Assembly (NCBI GenBank): GCA_944392325.1
Contig: CALXWI010000001.1
Span: 1 to 54,436 of the forward strand
Origin: an uncultured Alphaproteobacteria bacterium
GTDB lineage: Bacteria; Pseudomonadota; Alphaproteobacteria; RF32; CAG-239
Direction: 5' to 3'
DNA: 54,436 nucleotides
A program made the translations under genes and the position numbers. Positions 27,912-36,981 of this stretch are shown piece by piece. Numbering within the stretch: position 1 is the stretch's first letter; every line of letters begins with the position of its first letter. Below the pieces are notes generated by a model. The model had not been told where the DNA came from. It saw only the letters and a program-made list of their open reading frames with translations, and ran no database searches.

Positions 27912-28343
27912 ATGAAAAAAAGTTGGTTAGTGCTTAGTGTCGCCGTGGCTACGCTTTCTGCCGTAAATGTTGCTAAAGCCGATGAATACAGCGACTGTAT
28001 GGCTAAAGCTACCATCGACCAAGAAATTGTTATGTGCAATAATGCCGAAGCCGCCAGACTTATGCGCAATTTGCAAAAACGCTACAACGCTATTTCTTCT
28101 AACAAATATTTCAGCTCTTGGGATGACAAGACTTTGTCTGCAGCGCAAAACTTCCAGCTATTGTTTAGGCAATGGGTTGATTATCGCGATAAATATTGCT
28201 CTTTATATGGTTTTACTTTTACGCAAGGGCAAGGAACTTTAGGTTCTGTGCAAGAGTCTCAATGCTTGATTGATTTGACTAAACGCTTTGCTAAAGATGT
28301 GGAAAGTGTAATTGATGTTTATAACAAAATGGCCGTCAACTAA
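27912..28343 (+). CDS. secreted DUF1311 (LprI-like) protein, paralog 1
   Basis: Signal peptide ending AKA. Four Cys in the DUF1311 spacing (C...C ... W..YRDKYC ... C). 143 aa. Confidence 0.7.
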   Translation: MKKSWLVLSVAVATLSAVNVAKADEYSDCMAKATIDQEIVMCNNAEAARLMRNLQKRYNAISSNKYFSSWDDKTLSAAQNFQLLFRQWVDYRDKYCSLYGFTFTQGQGTLGSVQESQCLIDLTKRFAKDVESVIDVYNKMAVN

Positions 28344-28355
28344 ACGGAGTGCGAA

Positions 28356-28787
28356 ATGAATAAATTATGGTTAGTCGGGGTAGCCGGAGTTATGTGTTTG
28401 GCAATATCTGAGGCAAAGGCTGCTAGCAAATATGAATATTGTATGCGTGATGCCAGTAAGGTAGGAGACAATGCTATTGCCGAATGTATGGCCGAAGAAG
28501 CTAAACGTGTGGATGCTTTGATTTATAAACAATATGAAAAAATTGCCGCTGATCCGGATTTCCAATCTTGGAACAATGGAACGGGAATGTTTCGCGGAAA
28601 AGCCAAGGATTTGTATGAAACATGGTACAAGTTCCGCTCAGAGTATTGTTCTTTATTTACTTTATCAATGAAAAATTATGTCGGGACTGATGCTTATAAT
28701 ACTCAGCGTTGTTTGCTTGATTTTGCACAACAGCATTATAATTATATTAAAGCTATTACCGACAATAAAGATTCTACTCCGGATTAA
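28356..28787 (+). CDS. secreted DUF1311 (LprI-like) protein, paralog 2
   Basis: Same length (143 aa), signal peptide and Cys/W..R..YC pattern as the upstream gene. 12-nt intergenic gap. Confidence 0.7.
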   Translation: MNKLWLVGVAGVMCLAISEAKAASKYEYCMRDASKVGDNAIAECMAEEAKRVDALIYKQYEKIAADPDFQSWNNGTGMFRGKAKDLYETWYKFRSEYCSLFTLSMKNYVGTDAYNTQRCLLDFAQQHYNYIKAITDNKDSTPD

Positions 28788-28796
28788 AGTTGGTCT

Positions 28797-29525
28797 TTAA
28801 TCATTATATAACATAAAGCTGAAAGAGGTTCCTTTGCCTTTTTCAGTTTTTATGTTAATGGTGGTATGCAAAATATCCGCAATCTTTTTAACAATAGACA
28901 AGCCTAAACCGGAACCGCTCTTGTGTTGCGGAAGAAGATGAGCGCTTTGGTAAAACTCATCAAAAATATAAGGGATATCCTCAGTATTGATGCCGTTGCC
29001 GTTGTCTAAAATTATAATTTGGACGCCCTCGCCTCGTCTTTTGCAGCCAAAGACTATCTTGCTGCGACCGTACTTGAAGGCATTGCTTAGCAAATTGCGC
29101 AGCATTCTTTCCAGCAAAATTTTATCCGTAAAAATGGTTAAGGTGCAACGAATGTAGCTAAACCTGAAGCCTTGTGCGTTGGCTATGGCGGAAAATTCAG
29201 CAGCTAATTTATCAGTCAAATCTTGCAATTTAAAATAGTCTGGTTCAAATTTAACTCCACCATAATCAAGTCGTGACAAATCTAGGTAATTATCCATCAA
29301 GTGTTGCATATCCTCTAGCGCCTGAGAAGCCTTGTCTACCAGATCTTGCTGATGAAGGGTAAGCGTAGTGTCTTTCAGCACTTGCAGATAAATTCGCTGA
29401 GCTTGCAAAGGCTGGCGCAAATCGTGTACGGCTTGGGCCAAAAAATATGATTTGGAACGGTTTAGACGTTCACAAGCGATAAGATTGGCTGAAGTCTCGA
29501 TGTTTGAGGTCTTGATAGCGCACAT
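28797..29525 (-). CDS. soluble sensor histidine kinase (HisKA + HATPase_c), no adjacent response regulator
   Basis: H-box AQAVHDLRQPLQA, N-box LLSNAFKYG, G1 DNGNGI, G2 GSGLGLSIVKK. GAGGA lies 4 nt upstream of the ATG at 29525, which removes the ORF-track overlap with the upstream gene. Confidence 0.85.
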   Translation of the reverse strand: MCAIKTSNIETSANLIACERLNRSKSYFLAQAVHDLRQPLQAQRIYLQVLKDTTLTLHQQDLVDKASQALEDMQHLMDNYLDLSRLDYGGVKFEPDYFKLQDLTDKLAAEFSAIANAQGFRFSYIRCTLTIFTDKILLERMLRNLLSNAFKYGRSKIVFGCKRRGEGVQIIILDNGNGINTEDIPYIFDEFYQSAHLLPQHKSGSGLGLSIVKKIADILHTTINIKTEKGKGTSFSFMLYND

Positions 29526-29539
29526 ATTATCCTCTGGAG

Positions 29540-30484
29540 TTAAATTTGGGCTGAAGATAGAATTTGACCGAGTTCGGGATGCAATTGGAAATACCAATAT
29601 TTATACAAGAACTCGCTGTTTTGGATAAAGTCTTGAACCGAGAAATGAGCCAAGGGAGCACTACTTAAAGATTGTTTTAACCAATATTCATCTCCGCGCT
29701 TAAATAAGCTCAAATTAAATATTAGCCCATTAAATTCTTCAATTTTTATATCTTTAATTTTTTTAGCTGACTGCTCGTCAAAATTTTGGGCGGAGCGGAT
29801 ATCCGTAAACCATACGAAATTGAGAGCTTGGAGCAAATTATCAAGCCTAACTTCTTTCTTGGTCTTGGTATTGATAAAAGAAAGGCTGCGGTTGCTACGG
29901 CTGGCGGTTTGCTTGTTGATACTGATAGATTTTACAAGAGATTTATCGATGCTCAGCAAGGGCTGTTGCAGCCATAAAGATACTGTTGAAGGCAGTCGGA
30001 TATTATTTTCGACCATAAAAGTTTCATCATCTTCGCCTATTTGAGCGTAGGACATTTGATGATTGTTATTTTTGCTGCCTAAGAGAACCGTATCCAACAA
30101 ATTGCCAGCTTTATCATACAAATTGATACGGACACCTTGGGCAAAAAGAGGCTGCTTTTCTTCAGAGCTTAAATCAACCTGACGGTAAATTGCTGAAGAT
30201 GATATGAACTGCAATAATTCAGTCATAAATTTATAGTTAGCAGGATAAGACTCTGCATTGCGGACAAGCCAGAGTTGGTCATCGCCTTTATCAAAGATGA
30301 TTTTTTGCTCAGGAAACTCAAGACTTATTGAGGAAATTAAGGACGGGTTGGCAGATGCTTCAGCAAAGGTATAATGAAGTTTGCTGCTCTTATCCGTATA
30401 GCTAAAAATACCTAATGAAACAAGAGTTAAAACAAAAGCTATTCCTAAAAAATATAAGGCGTATTTTAATGATTTATCGGACAT
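29540..30484 (-). CDS. DUF4340-like membrane-anchored protein
   Basis: Single N-terminal TM helix. Its position directly after a GldG-like gene matches the usual ABC / ABC-2 / GldG / DUF4340 four-gene layout. Assigned by context plus general architecture. Confidence 0.5.
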   Translation of the reverse strand: MSDKSLKYALYFLGIAFVLTLVSLGIFSYTDKSSKLHYTFAEASANPSLISSISLEFPEQKIIFDKGDDQLWLVRNAESYPANYKFMTELLQFISSSAIYRQVDLSSEEKQPLFAQGVRINLYDKAGNLLDTVLLGSKNNNHQMSYAQIGEDDETFMVENNIRLPSTVSLWLQQPLLSIDKSLVKSISINKQTASRSNRSLSFINTKTKKEVRLDNLLQALNFVWFTDIRSAQNFDEQSAKKIKDIKIEEFNGLIFNLSLFKRGDEYWLKQSLSSAPLAHFSVQDFIQNSEFLYKYWYFQLHPELGQILSSAQI

Positions 30485-30492
30485 GTCTACCT

Positions 30493-32322
30493 CTAAGCTG
30501 AAAAGGTGTTTTTACGTTGGTGACGACGAAAAAGATAAATTATACCAAACAGGATTAACCCCATGGCAAAGATATTGAGCAAGATAAAGCGGCGGGCTTG
30601 GGATTGGCGGTCATGCTCAATTTGATAGCCGATTTGGCGCAAATCCTGATGCCCTTTATTAACCAAAGACGAAAGTTCTTCCAGTTGTTTGAGCTCGGCA
30701 TAGCTTAAAGCTTGCACCTGACTTTGTTTTTGCAATGCGGTAAGACGATTTTGATTTTCAGTCAAAGCTTGGATAATTTGCTCGCGTGTGGCACCGAATT
30801 TATCGTGGTTACGAGAAGCAAATACATTAGCTAAGACTGATGGCGCCATTGGCGGTTGAGGGGTGTAGTTCAGGTAAGCATCGCGCCCTGAAAAATAGTC
30901 TAATGCTCTTAGTAAAAAGGCCGCATTATCCGTATTGGGAATAACACCATAGAGCGGGTTGTCGGAAGCAAAGCGGCTGTCAGACCAGGTGTCATTATAC
31001 AAGAAATCAACATCCGATATAAGTAAAATTCTTCCCGGTTTGAGTGATTCCGGCAGGAAGGGGAGCATTTTTTCGCTCATTTTTTTATCGGATAAAATGT
31101 TATTTTCAAAAGACGAGGTAAACAGACCTTCTGCCAAAGTAATTAGAGGATACTGCTCGTGCTTGATATAGTCTGCTTGGGTAGATGGCTGAAAACGTTT
31201 ATACTGCTTAAGCGGTATGGATAAGCTTTCATCCGAAGTATGGGCTAAAACGGTGGTACTAACATCAGCAAACTGTTCAGATATTAAAATAGGTGCCGGC
31301 GCACGCAACGATAACCTATGGATGGTTTGAGACAGCTGATGTTCTTGATTGAAATATTTATCTCCAAGATTAATGGCTGGAGGGTATTCGGCAACAAAAC
31401 TATTGATGATGGCTGGTTCGGCATTGTTTAAGTCTCCGATAACTTGGTCTGCTCCAATCTGCAGGTTAGCCTGAGATAATAATTGGTTTAACACTGCCGT
31501 ATTGTTGGCGCTATTCAGATGCTCGTTAAAACTATCGGCCAAAATAATGAGATTGCCGCCTCGAAGTAAAAATTGATCAAGGGCATACAAATTTAGCTTG
31601 CTTAGCCCTCCGGTCGGATTAACTACGATAACAGTATTAATATCATTACCGATTTGGACGGCTGAGCCTGGGATTATTTGCGGAGCATATTCATCGGCTA
31701 TAGGCTTAAAAATATTCCAATCTCCGCCGTTGAGCATATAACCGCGAAAAGTTTGACCCAAGGACATATCAGGGGCCAAAATGCCAATTTTGGTAGCTTT
31801 TTCATTAGTAGAAAGGCGGGTAAAAATACGGTTTAAATCACTTTCTAGCTGAAGACGGCGTCCACTCAAAAAGTGAGGAATTTTTATACTATCTCCTTGT
31901 TCATTACGGACTACCGCGCCTAGATAAAGATGTTCTTTACCATCTTTACTCAAAAAAGGTTTTAAGCCGTTTTTGGAGGCTTCTTTAGCTATGGTTTCAG
32001 GATTGTCAAGGTAAATAACTTGTAACGTTAATTTGCCGTTTGATGCTTCGGCGTAATTATACAACAAATTGTAAATGTCATTAAAATATTGGGCAGTTTC
32101 AGGGTAATTATCGGCAATTTTAGGAGAATAGTATAAACGGACATTGAGAGGTTGCGACAAATTGGCAGCCAGATGGCGTGAAGCTTGGCTTAACGTATAG
32201 CGATGTTGTGGGGTGGCATCTATAAACCAATTTTCAAAGAGCAAGCTTATACTTATACCACTTAGGATAAAACCTAACAAGACCGCCAGAGTAAATATAA
32301 TGGTTTTGGCTTGATTACGCAT
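30493..32322 (-). CDS. GldG-like ABC transporter auxiliary component
   Basis: 609 aa with one TM at each end and a large intervening domain, directly downstream of the ABC-2 permease. Confidence 0.65.
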   Translation of the reverse strand: MRNQAKTIIFTLAVLLGFILSGISISLLFENWFIDATPQHRYTLSQASRHLAANLSQPLNVRLYYSPKIADNYPETAQYFNDIYNLLYNYAEASNGKLTLQVIYLDNPETIAKEASKNGLKPFLSKDGKEHLYLGAVVRNEQGDSIKIPHFLSGRRLQLESDLNRIFTRLSTNEKATKIGILAPDMSLGQTFRGYMLNGGDWNIFKPIADEYAPQIIPGSAVQIGNDINTVIVVNPTGGLSKLNLYALDQFLLRGGNLIILADSFNEHLNSANNTAVLNQLLSQANLQIGADQVIGDLNNAEPAIINSFVAEYPPAINLGDKYFNQEHQLSQTIHRLSLRAPAPILISEQFADVSTTVLAHTSDESLSIPLKQYKRFQPSTQADYIKHEQYPLITLAEGLFTSSFENNILSDKKMSEKMLPFLPESLKPGRILLISDVDFLYNDTWSDSRFASDNPLYGVIPNTDNAAFLLRALDYFSGRDAYLNYTPQPPMAPSVLANVFASRNHDKFGATREQIIQALTENQNRLTALQKQSQVQALSYAELKQLEELSSLVNKGHQDLRQIGYQIEHDRQSQARRFILLNIFAMGLILFGIIYLFRRHQRKNTFSA

Positions 32323-32339
32323 AATGATTTTCCCCTCTT

Positions 32340-33059
32340 CTATTTATATTGGCTATTGCGGAGTGCTACGGTGTTTATCCATAGTCCAATACCGGCTAAT
32401 AAGATAAAATAAAGGATAGAGGCCAGACTAAGTTCTCCGTTGATAAAGTTTTGATAATGGTCTTTAAAATCTATGGCAGGCAAACGGTTTATCCCCAGCA
32501 GGTTCTTGATAACCAGAGTGATATCGGCGTACATAACCAACCATAGCAAGAAAAATGATGCTGTATAAGTAATAAGGGGCAACTTGCTTAAAGATGATAC
32601 GGCGCAGCTAAGTGCCGTGAAAGCGCTCAAGAGCAAAAAGCAGCCCATATATTCACAAAATATTTGAGCAAAAGATACCGGCATATAAAAGCTGCTAAAG
32701 ATGCTTAACGGAATGGTAGATAGAAGCATTAAAGCACCGAAAGATAAGGCGGCTAAAAATTTGCCCATAACCAGCTCAAAATAGCTGATTGGCTGCGATA
32801 AGATAAACTCTATGGTTCCGAGGCGATATTCATCAGTCCACAAAGGCATACAAACCGCTGGCACAATCAAGGCCAAAATCTCAGGCTGAAAGCTGAAAAA
32901 AGATATCAGCGCATAGTTATCATTATTAATAAAATCACCAAAATAAAAAGCAGTGACCAGACTAATACAGAGATATATGGTAAAAATGAATACAGCCGTC
33001 CAACCTTGGAAATATTCATTTAGCTCTTTATGAAAAACAGTAAGCAAAGGAGTTGTCAT
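32340..33059 (-). CDS. ABC-2 type transporter permease (GldF-like)
   Basis: 239 aa with about 6 TM helices. Its ATG overlaps the stop of the ATPase gene. Confidence 0.7.
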   Translation of the reverse strand: MTTPLLTVFHKELNEYFQGWTAVFIFTIYLCISLVTAFYFGDFINNDNYALISFFSFQPEILALIVPAVCMPLWTDEYRLGTIEFILSQPISYFELVMGKFLAALSFGALMLLSTIPLSIFSSFYMPVSFAQIFCEYMGCFLLLSAFTALSCAVSSLSKLPLITYTASFFLLWLVMYADITLVIKNLLGINRLPAIDFKDHYQNFINGELSLASILYFILLAGIGLWINTVALRNSQYK

Positions 33060-33799
33060 TAGTGTGCCTCCTCTTGAGTGGTGATTGGTGATGATGTTAA
33101 GCTACGAAAAACTGTAGCTAAGTCTTTGCCCGGCATAGAATAGCGCAGGCGTGCAGGCGTGGTATCCTGTAAAATCTGACCGTGATTAATAAGTAAAATG
33201 CGCGTGGCCAGGTTTTCGGTATCTTCAAGAATGTGGGTTGAGAGGATAACCGTGCCTTTGATAGCAAAATCTTTGATAAATTTATGAAAAATATACTTTT
33301 GGTTAGGGTCTAGACCTTCAGTCGGCTCATCCATAATCAGAATCTTGGGGCTGTGGATAAGTGCGGCAGCTATGCCAATACGGTGACGAAAGCCTTTGGA
33401 CAATTCGGATATCTTACGGGGAAGAGCCTCACTGAGTTCTAACCCTGTGACCATAGCGTCTAATCGTGAGCGGAATGATGCCTCCGGAACCAAGCGTAAA
33501 TCTGCGGCATATTTGATAAACTCAAAGGCGGTCATATTGGCATACATCGGACTGTTTTCGGGGATATAGCCAATATGGCGCAAGGCGGCGACTCTGTCCT
33601 CGGACATATTGATATCATCGAACAAAATCTCTCCGGAGGTTGGGGATAAAATTCCGCTCAAAAGCCGAATTAATGTAGTTTTGCCGGCGCCGTTAGGCCC
33701 AAGCAAAGTTATGATTTCGCCCTGATTAGCTGAAAAAGTGATGTCTTTAACAGCTTGAATATCCCCAAAGTTTTTTGATAACTGCTGAATATGTAGCAT
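33059..33799 (-). CDS. ABC transporter ATP-binding protein (GldA-like)
   Basis: Walker A GPNGAGKTT, signature-like LSKGFRHR, Walker B ILIMDEPTEGLD, H-loop STHIL. Confidence 0.88.
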   Translation of the reverse strand: MLHIQQLSKNFGDIQAVKDITFSANQGEIITLLGPNGAGKTTLIRLLSGILSPTSGEILFDDINMSEDRVAALRHIGYIPENSPMYANMTAFEFIKYAADLRLVPEASFRSRLDAMVTGLELSEALPRKISELSKGFRHRIGIAAALIHSPKILIMDEPTEGLDPNQKYIFHKFIKDFAIKGTVILSTHILEDTENLATRILLINHGQILQDTTPARLRYSMPGKDLATVFRSLTSSPITTQEEAH

Positions 33800-33955
33800 T
33801 TAGACCGCCTTATTGTGAATCGAGTTAACTGTCTATTAGTTTAACCAATTATTTTTAAATTTTAACAACTATTTTAATTTATTAAAAAGTTTGGTGACAA
33901 AATGTTTATTTTATTCTATCAATATAACTAATATGTTTTTTGATGGAGAAAAAAA

Positions 33956-34438
33956 GTGCCTGAGAAATACTCTAAAGAAGAAACCAAAAGCATCAAAATC
34001 GGCTTATATGCCGCAATTGTGGTTTTGGCTTTGCTGGGTTATTTGGTTAGCGGGAAAGGTGTGAAAAATACCGAAGCCGGTAGCTCTTATGAAGTAAATG
34101 CTCGTTTTGGACGTACTGACGGGTTGTTGGTTGGTGATAAAGTAAGAATGGCCGGTATGACTATCGGCTCTGTAACAAATGCTGAGTTGGATGATAAATT
34201 TCACGCCATTTTGACTTTAGATATTATTGACAGCGTGAAAATCCCAGATGATAGCAGCGCGTCGATTGTAAGTTCCGGCATTATGGGGAGTAAATATATT
34301 GAGATTGAGCCAGGTGGGTCTCCGGATTATATTGCTCCGGGCGGCGAATTTGCTTATACCCAAGATGCTATGGTGATTGAAGAGCTTATCGATAGGATTA
34401 TATCTATTGGTAAAGCTAACCGTAAAAATTGTAACTAA
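33956..34438 (+). CDS. MlaD/MCE-domain protein, paralog 1
   Basis: N-terminal TM helix, then an MCE core (YEVNARFGRTDGLLVGDKVRMAGMTIGSVTNAEL). GTG start with GGAGA 7 nt upstream. Confidence 0.75.
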   Translation: MPEKYSKEETKSIKIGLYAAIVVLALLGYLVSGKGVKNTEAGSSYEVNARFGRTDGLLVGDKVRMAGMTIGSVTNAELDDKFHAILTLDIIDSVKIPDDSSASIVSSGIMGSKYIEIEPGGSPDYIAPGGEFAYTQDAMVIEELIDRIISIGKANRKNCN

Positions 34439-34461
34439 TTTTTTTGACGAGAGGTTGTGTT

Positions 34462-34923
34462 ATGAATAAAAAGCCTATGGAAACTATTATGGGAATCGTG
34501 GTCCTGGTTGTGGCCGCATTCTTCTTGTTCTTTGCATATAAAGTATCTGACTTGCAAGTCGTCAAAGGATATGAGGTTACGGCTAAGTTTTTGAAGGTTG
34601 GCGGATTGAATGTCGGCTCAGATGTCAGACTTAATGGTATCAAAATCGGTACCGTTGTGGCGCAAAAGCTTGATCCGGAGAATTATGTTGCCGAAGTGGT
34701 TATGAGCCTGACCCCTGATATTAGTTTGCCGGCAGACAGCACCGCAGCAATCGTTGGCGATGGACTTATTGGCGATAAGTTTATTAAAATTGAACCTGGA
34801 ACGGCAAAAGAAATGCTAAAAAACGGTGATGAAATCACCAAAGTTAAGGACTTTAAGACTATTGAAGATATGGTGGGTGAAATCATTTTTATGGTGACCG
34901 ACAATGGTGAAAGCTCTAATTAA
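34462..34923 (+). CDS. MlaD/MCE-domain protein, paralog 2
   Basis: TM helix plus MCE core (YEVTAKFLKVGGLNVGSDVRLNGIKIGTVVAQKL). The ATG at 34462 is preferred over the TTG at 34444 (GAGAGG upstream). Confidence 0.75.
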   Translation: MNKKPMETIMGIVVLVVAAFFLFFAYKVSDLQVVKGYEVTAKFLKVGGLNVGSDVRLNGIKIGTVVAQKLDPENYVAEVVMSLTPDISLPADSTAAIVGDGLIGDKFIKIEPGTAKEMLKNGDEITKVKDFKTIEDMVGEIIFMVTDNGESSN

Positions 34924-36007
34924 TAATTTAACCAAAGCATCGGCTATGGCTTTGATGCTGGCGACATCCTCCGCCGGAGCGAAGGAAATTGATACCAATA
35001 TGGCCAAGTTGCAGGCTATGGATAAAATTACCGGAAAAGTCAGCGTGATTGAGGCTCCGGTTAATGCTGAGACTAAGTTTGGCAGTTTTTCTATCGTGGT
35101 AAGAGCCTGCAAAACTCGCCCGCCGGAAGAGACCCCAGACAACTTTGCTTTTGTGGATGTTACAGATACTCAGCAAGATGGTAAAGTTGTGAATATTTTT
35201 AAGGGCTGGATGATTTCTTCAAGTCCGGCGCTGAATGCAATTGAGCACCCGATTTATGATGTGTGGTTGTTGCAATGTTTGAACGGAAAGGTGGATAAAT
35301 CTAAGCTATTGTCTGCGGAAGAGTTGCACGCTCGTGATGAAATTGTGATGGAAGATGATATTGCACCGGCAGCAGCTAATGATGTCCCCTCTCCTGCTAA
35401 TGAGAATCTGGTTAATGACGGAGAACCGGAAGACTTGATTAATATTCAAGAAGAGGTAACAGAAACCGTTACTGAAGTTCCGCAAGCTCAAGCCTTGAGT
35501 GAAAGTGTTCCGGAGCAGCCGGCGACCCCTTCTACTGTTGAGCCACAAGAATCCGGTATGGATAATGTTACCCCAACGTCAGGTAATGTGTTTGAATCTG
35601 ATGGTGTATATAATCTGAATGATAACGATGGTAAGCCGCAGCAATTGGTTCCGGATGAAGTAGAAGGTGTTAATGCCGAATCGGCTCCGGTTGAAGTTGC
35701 CCCTGTGCCGCAAGCCCCTGCCGATAATAGCGCTATGCCTAATACAGAGCCGGTGCAACCGGTAATATCTGAGCAAGTTGAAGCTACGCTGCCGGCTCAA
35801 GAAGATAACGGGGCTACGCTTTCCATCCAACTGCCGGAAGGTGCCGCAGCTAATGTATCAGGTAGTGTTACCGTTGATGAAGAACCAGACAACATGCCAG
35901 CTGAAAACGGTTTTAATACTCCGGAAGAATACAACCCTGAAGAAACGGAACAGACCATCGAATTTGACACGAATAACTCAAATTATGTTCCGCAGCTTGG
36001 AATTTAA
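34904..36007 (+). CDS. DUF2155 protein with a long acidic Pro/Glu-rich C-terminal extension
   Basis: Signal peptide. DUF2155 core (LQAMDKITGKVSVIEAPVN...FGSFSIVVRACKTRPPEETPDNFAFVDV...GWMISSSPALNAIEHPIYDVWLLQC). This is followed by about 230 aa of low-complexity P/E/V/A/N sequence. Confidence 0.65.
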   Translation: MVKALINNLTKASAMALMLATSSAGAKEIDTNMAKLQAMDKITGKVSVIEAPVNAETKFGSFSIVVRACKTRPPEETPDNFAFVDVTDTQQDGKVVNIFKGWMISSSPALNAIEHPIYDVWLLQCLNGKVDKSKLLSAEELHARDEIVMEDDIAPAAANDVPSPANENLVNDGEPEDLINIQEEVTETVTEVPQAQALSESVPEQPATPSTVEPQESGMDNVTPTSGNVFESDGVYNLNDNDGKPQQLVPDEVEGVNAESAPVEVAPVPQAPADNSAMPNTEPVQPVISEQVEATLPAQEDNGATLSIQLPEGAAANVSGSVTVDEEPDNMPAENGFNTPEEYNPEETEQTIEFDTNNSNYVPQLGI

Positions 36008-36021
36008 CCCAAAGGTGGCGT

Positions 36022-36981
36022 ATGAGTACAGATACAGATATTGATGTAAGCTTTGTAATGACGGTATATAATAAAGAATATTATTTGCCGTCAGTGCTGA
36101 AAGCTTTATTGGGCCAGACCGGTCTGAAAAATCCTGAATTTATTTTTATTGATGACAAATCATCTGACCAATCCGTGGCCATAATCAAACAAATGACCCA
36201 AGGAGTGCCTAATGTGGTGATTGTTGAAAATCAGGATAACCGTGGTATCAGTCCCCGTATTAATCAGGGGATATCTCTGGCCAGAGGCGAGTTTGTCAGA
36301 ATGATGGACTCTGATGATATCTTTCCCCTTGATTCAACGGAAATACTCCTTGATTTGGCACGCAAGCATAATGTTGATATGGTTTATGGTTGTTTTACCA
36401 AGACTGGTTTGGAGCCGCAAAAGCTGGAAAAAGAAATGACGGTCAAGCCTTTCCAAACCAAAGTATATACTAATGCGTTGCTCGGTGTTTTAAACGGGCG
36501 CTTTACGCGAATGGGGCAATTAATCAGAACCAGCGTCTTAAAGCAAGCTGGCGGAGCTGATGAGCGGGTGTTTATTCAGGACGAATCTATTCCCTTACGG
36601 GCGGCAGTTTATGCTCACGGAGCAATTAAAATTGATGCCAACGTCGTATTAGTTCCCAAAGAAATCGGTAATTTTTCGGGTAACAAGCTCCAGCTCGACA
36701 ATGACCGCTTTATGGCTTATTATTACGCCATTGTTGATCATCCGCATTTGGAAGACAAGGCTATGCGTCTAATGTACAAACGGGCAGTGTCGGCTTATTG
36801 GAAGTTGGTACGCAAAACTCAAAAATGCCCTTATTGCACAAGAGCTTTCATCTTGTATTTACGCAACAAAATTGCTCCGGCCTACCCTGATTTGGCTATT
36901 TTGCAGGAGATGAAAGCAAAGTTTGATGCCTTGGATAATGTCCGTAGAGTGCAAAATCCGCTTTGGTCTTTGGAAAGCTAA
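36022..36981 (+). CDS. family 2 glycosyltransferase
   Basis: VSFVMTVYNKEYYL...FIFIDDKSSD and MDSDD (DxD) motifs. Confidence 0.8.
   Translation: MSTDTDIDVSFVMTVYNKEYYLPSVLKALLGQTGLKNPEFIFIDDKSSDQSVAIIKQMTQGVPNVVIVENQDNRGISPRINQGISLARGEFVRMMDSDDIFPLDSTEILLDLARKHNVDMVYGCFTKTGLEPQKLEKEMTVKPFQTKVYTNALLGVLNGRFTRMGQLIRTSVLKQAGGADERVFIQDESIPLRAAVYAHGAIKIDANVVLVPKEIGNFSGNKLQLDNDRFMAYYYAIVDHPHLEDKAMRLMYKRAVSAYWKLVRKTQKCPYCTRAFILYLRNKIAPAYPDLAILQEMKAKFDALDNVRRVQNPLWSLES

Noticed and set aside
29526-29597. Upstream extension of the histidine kinase ORF, overlapping the DUF4340-like gene by 58 nt
   Set aside because: The internal ATG at 29525 has a GAGGA RBS and removes the overlap. The extension has no kinase-related sequence.
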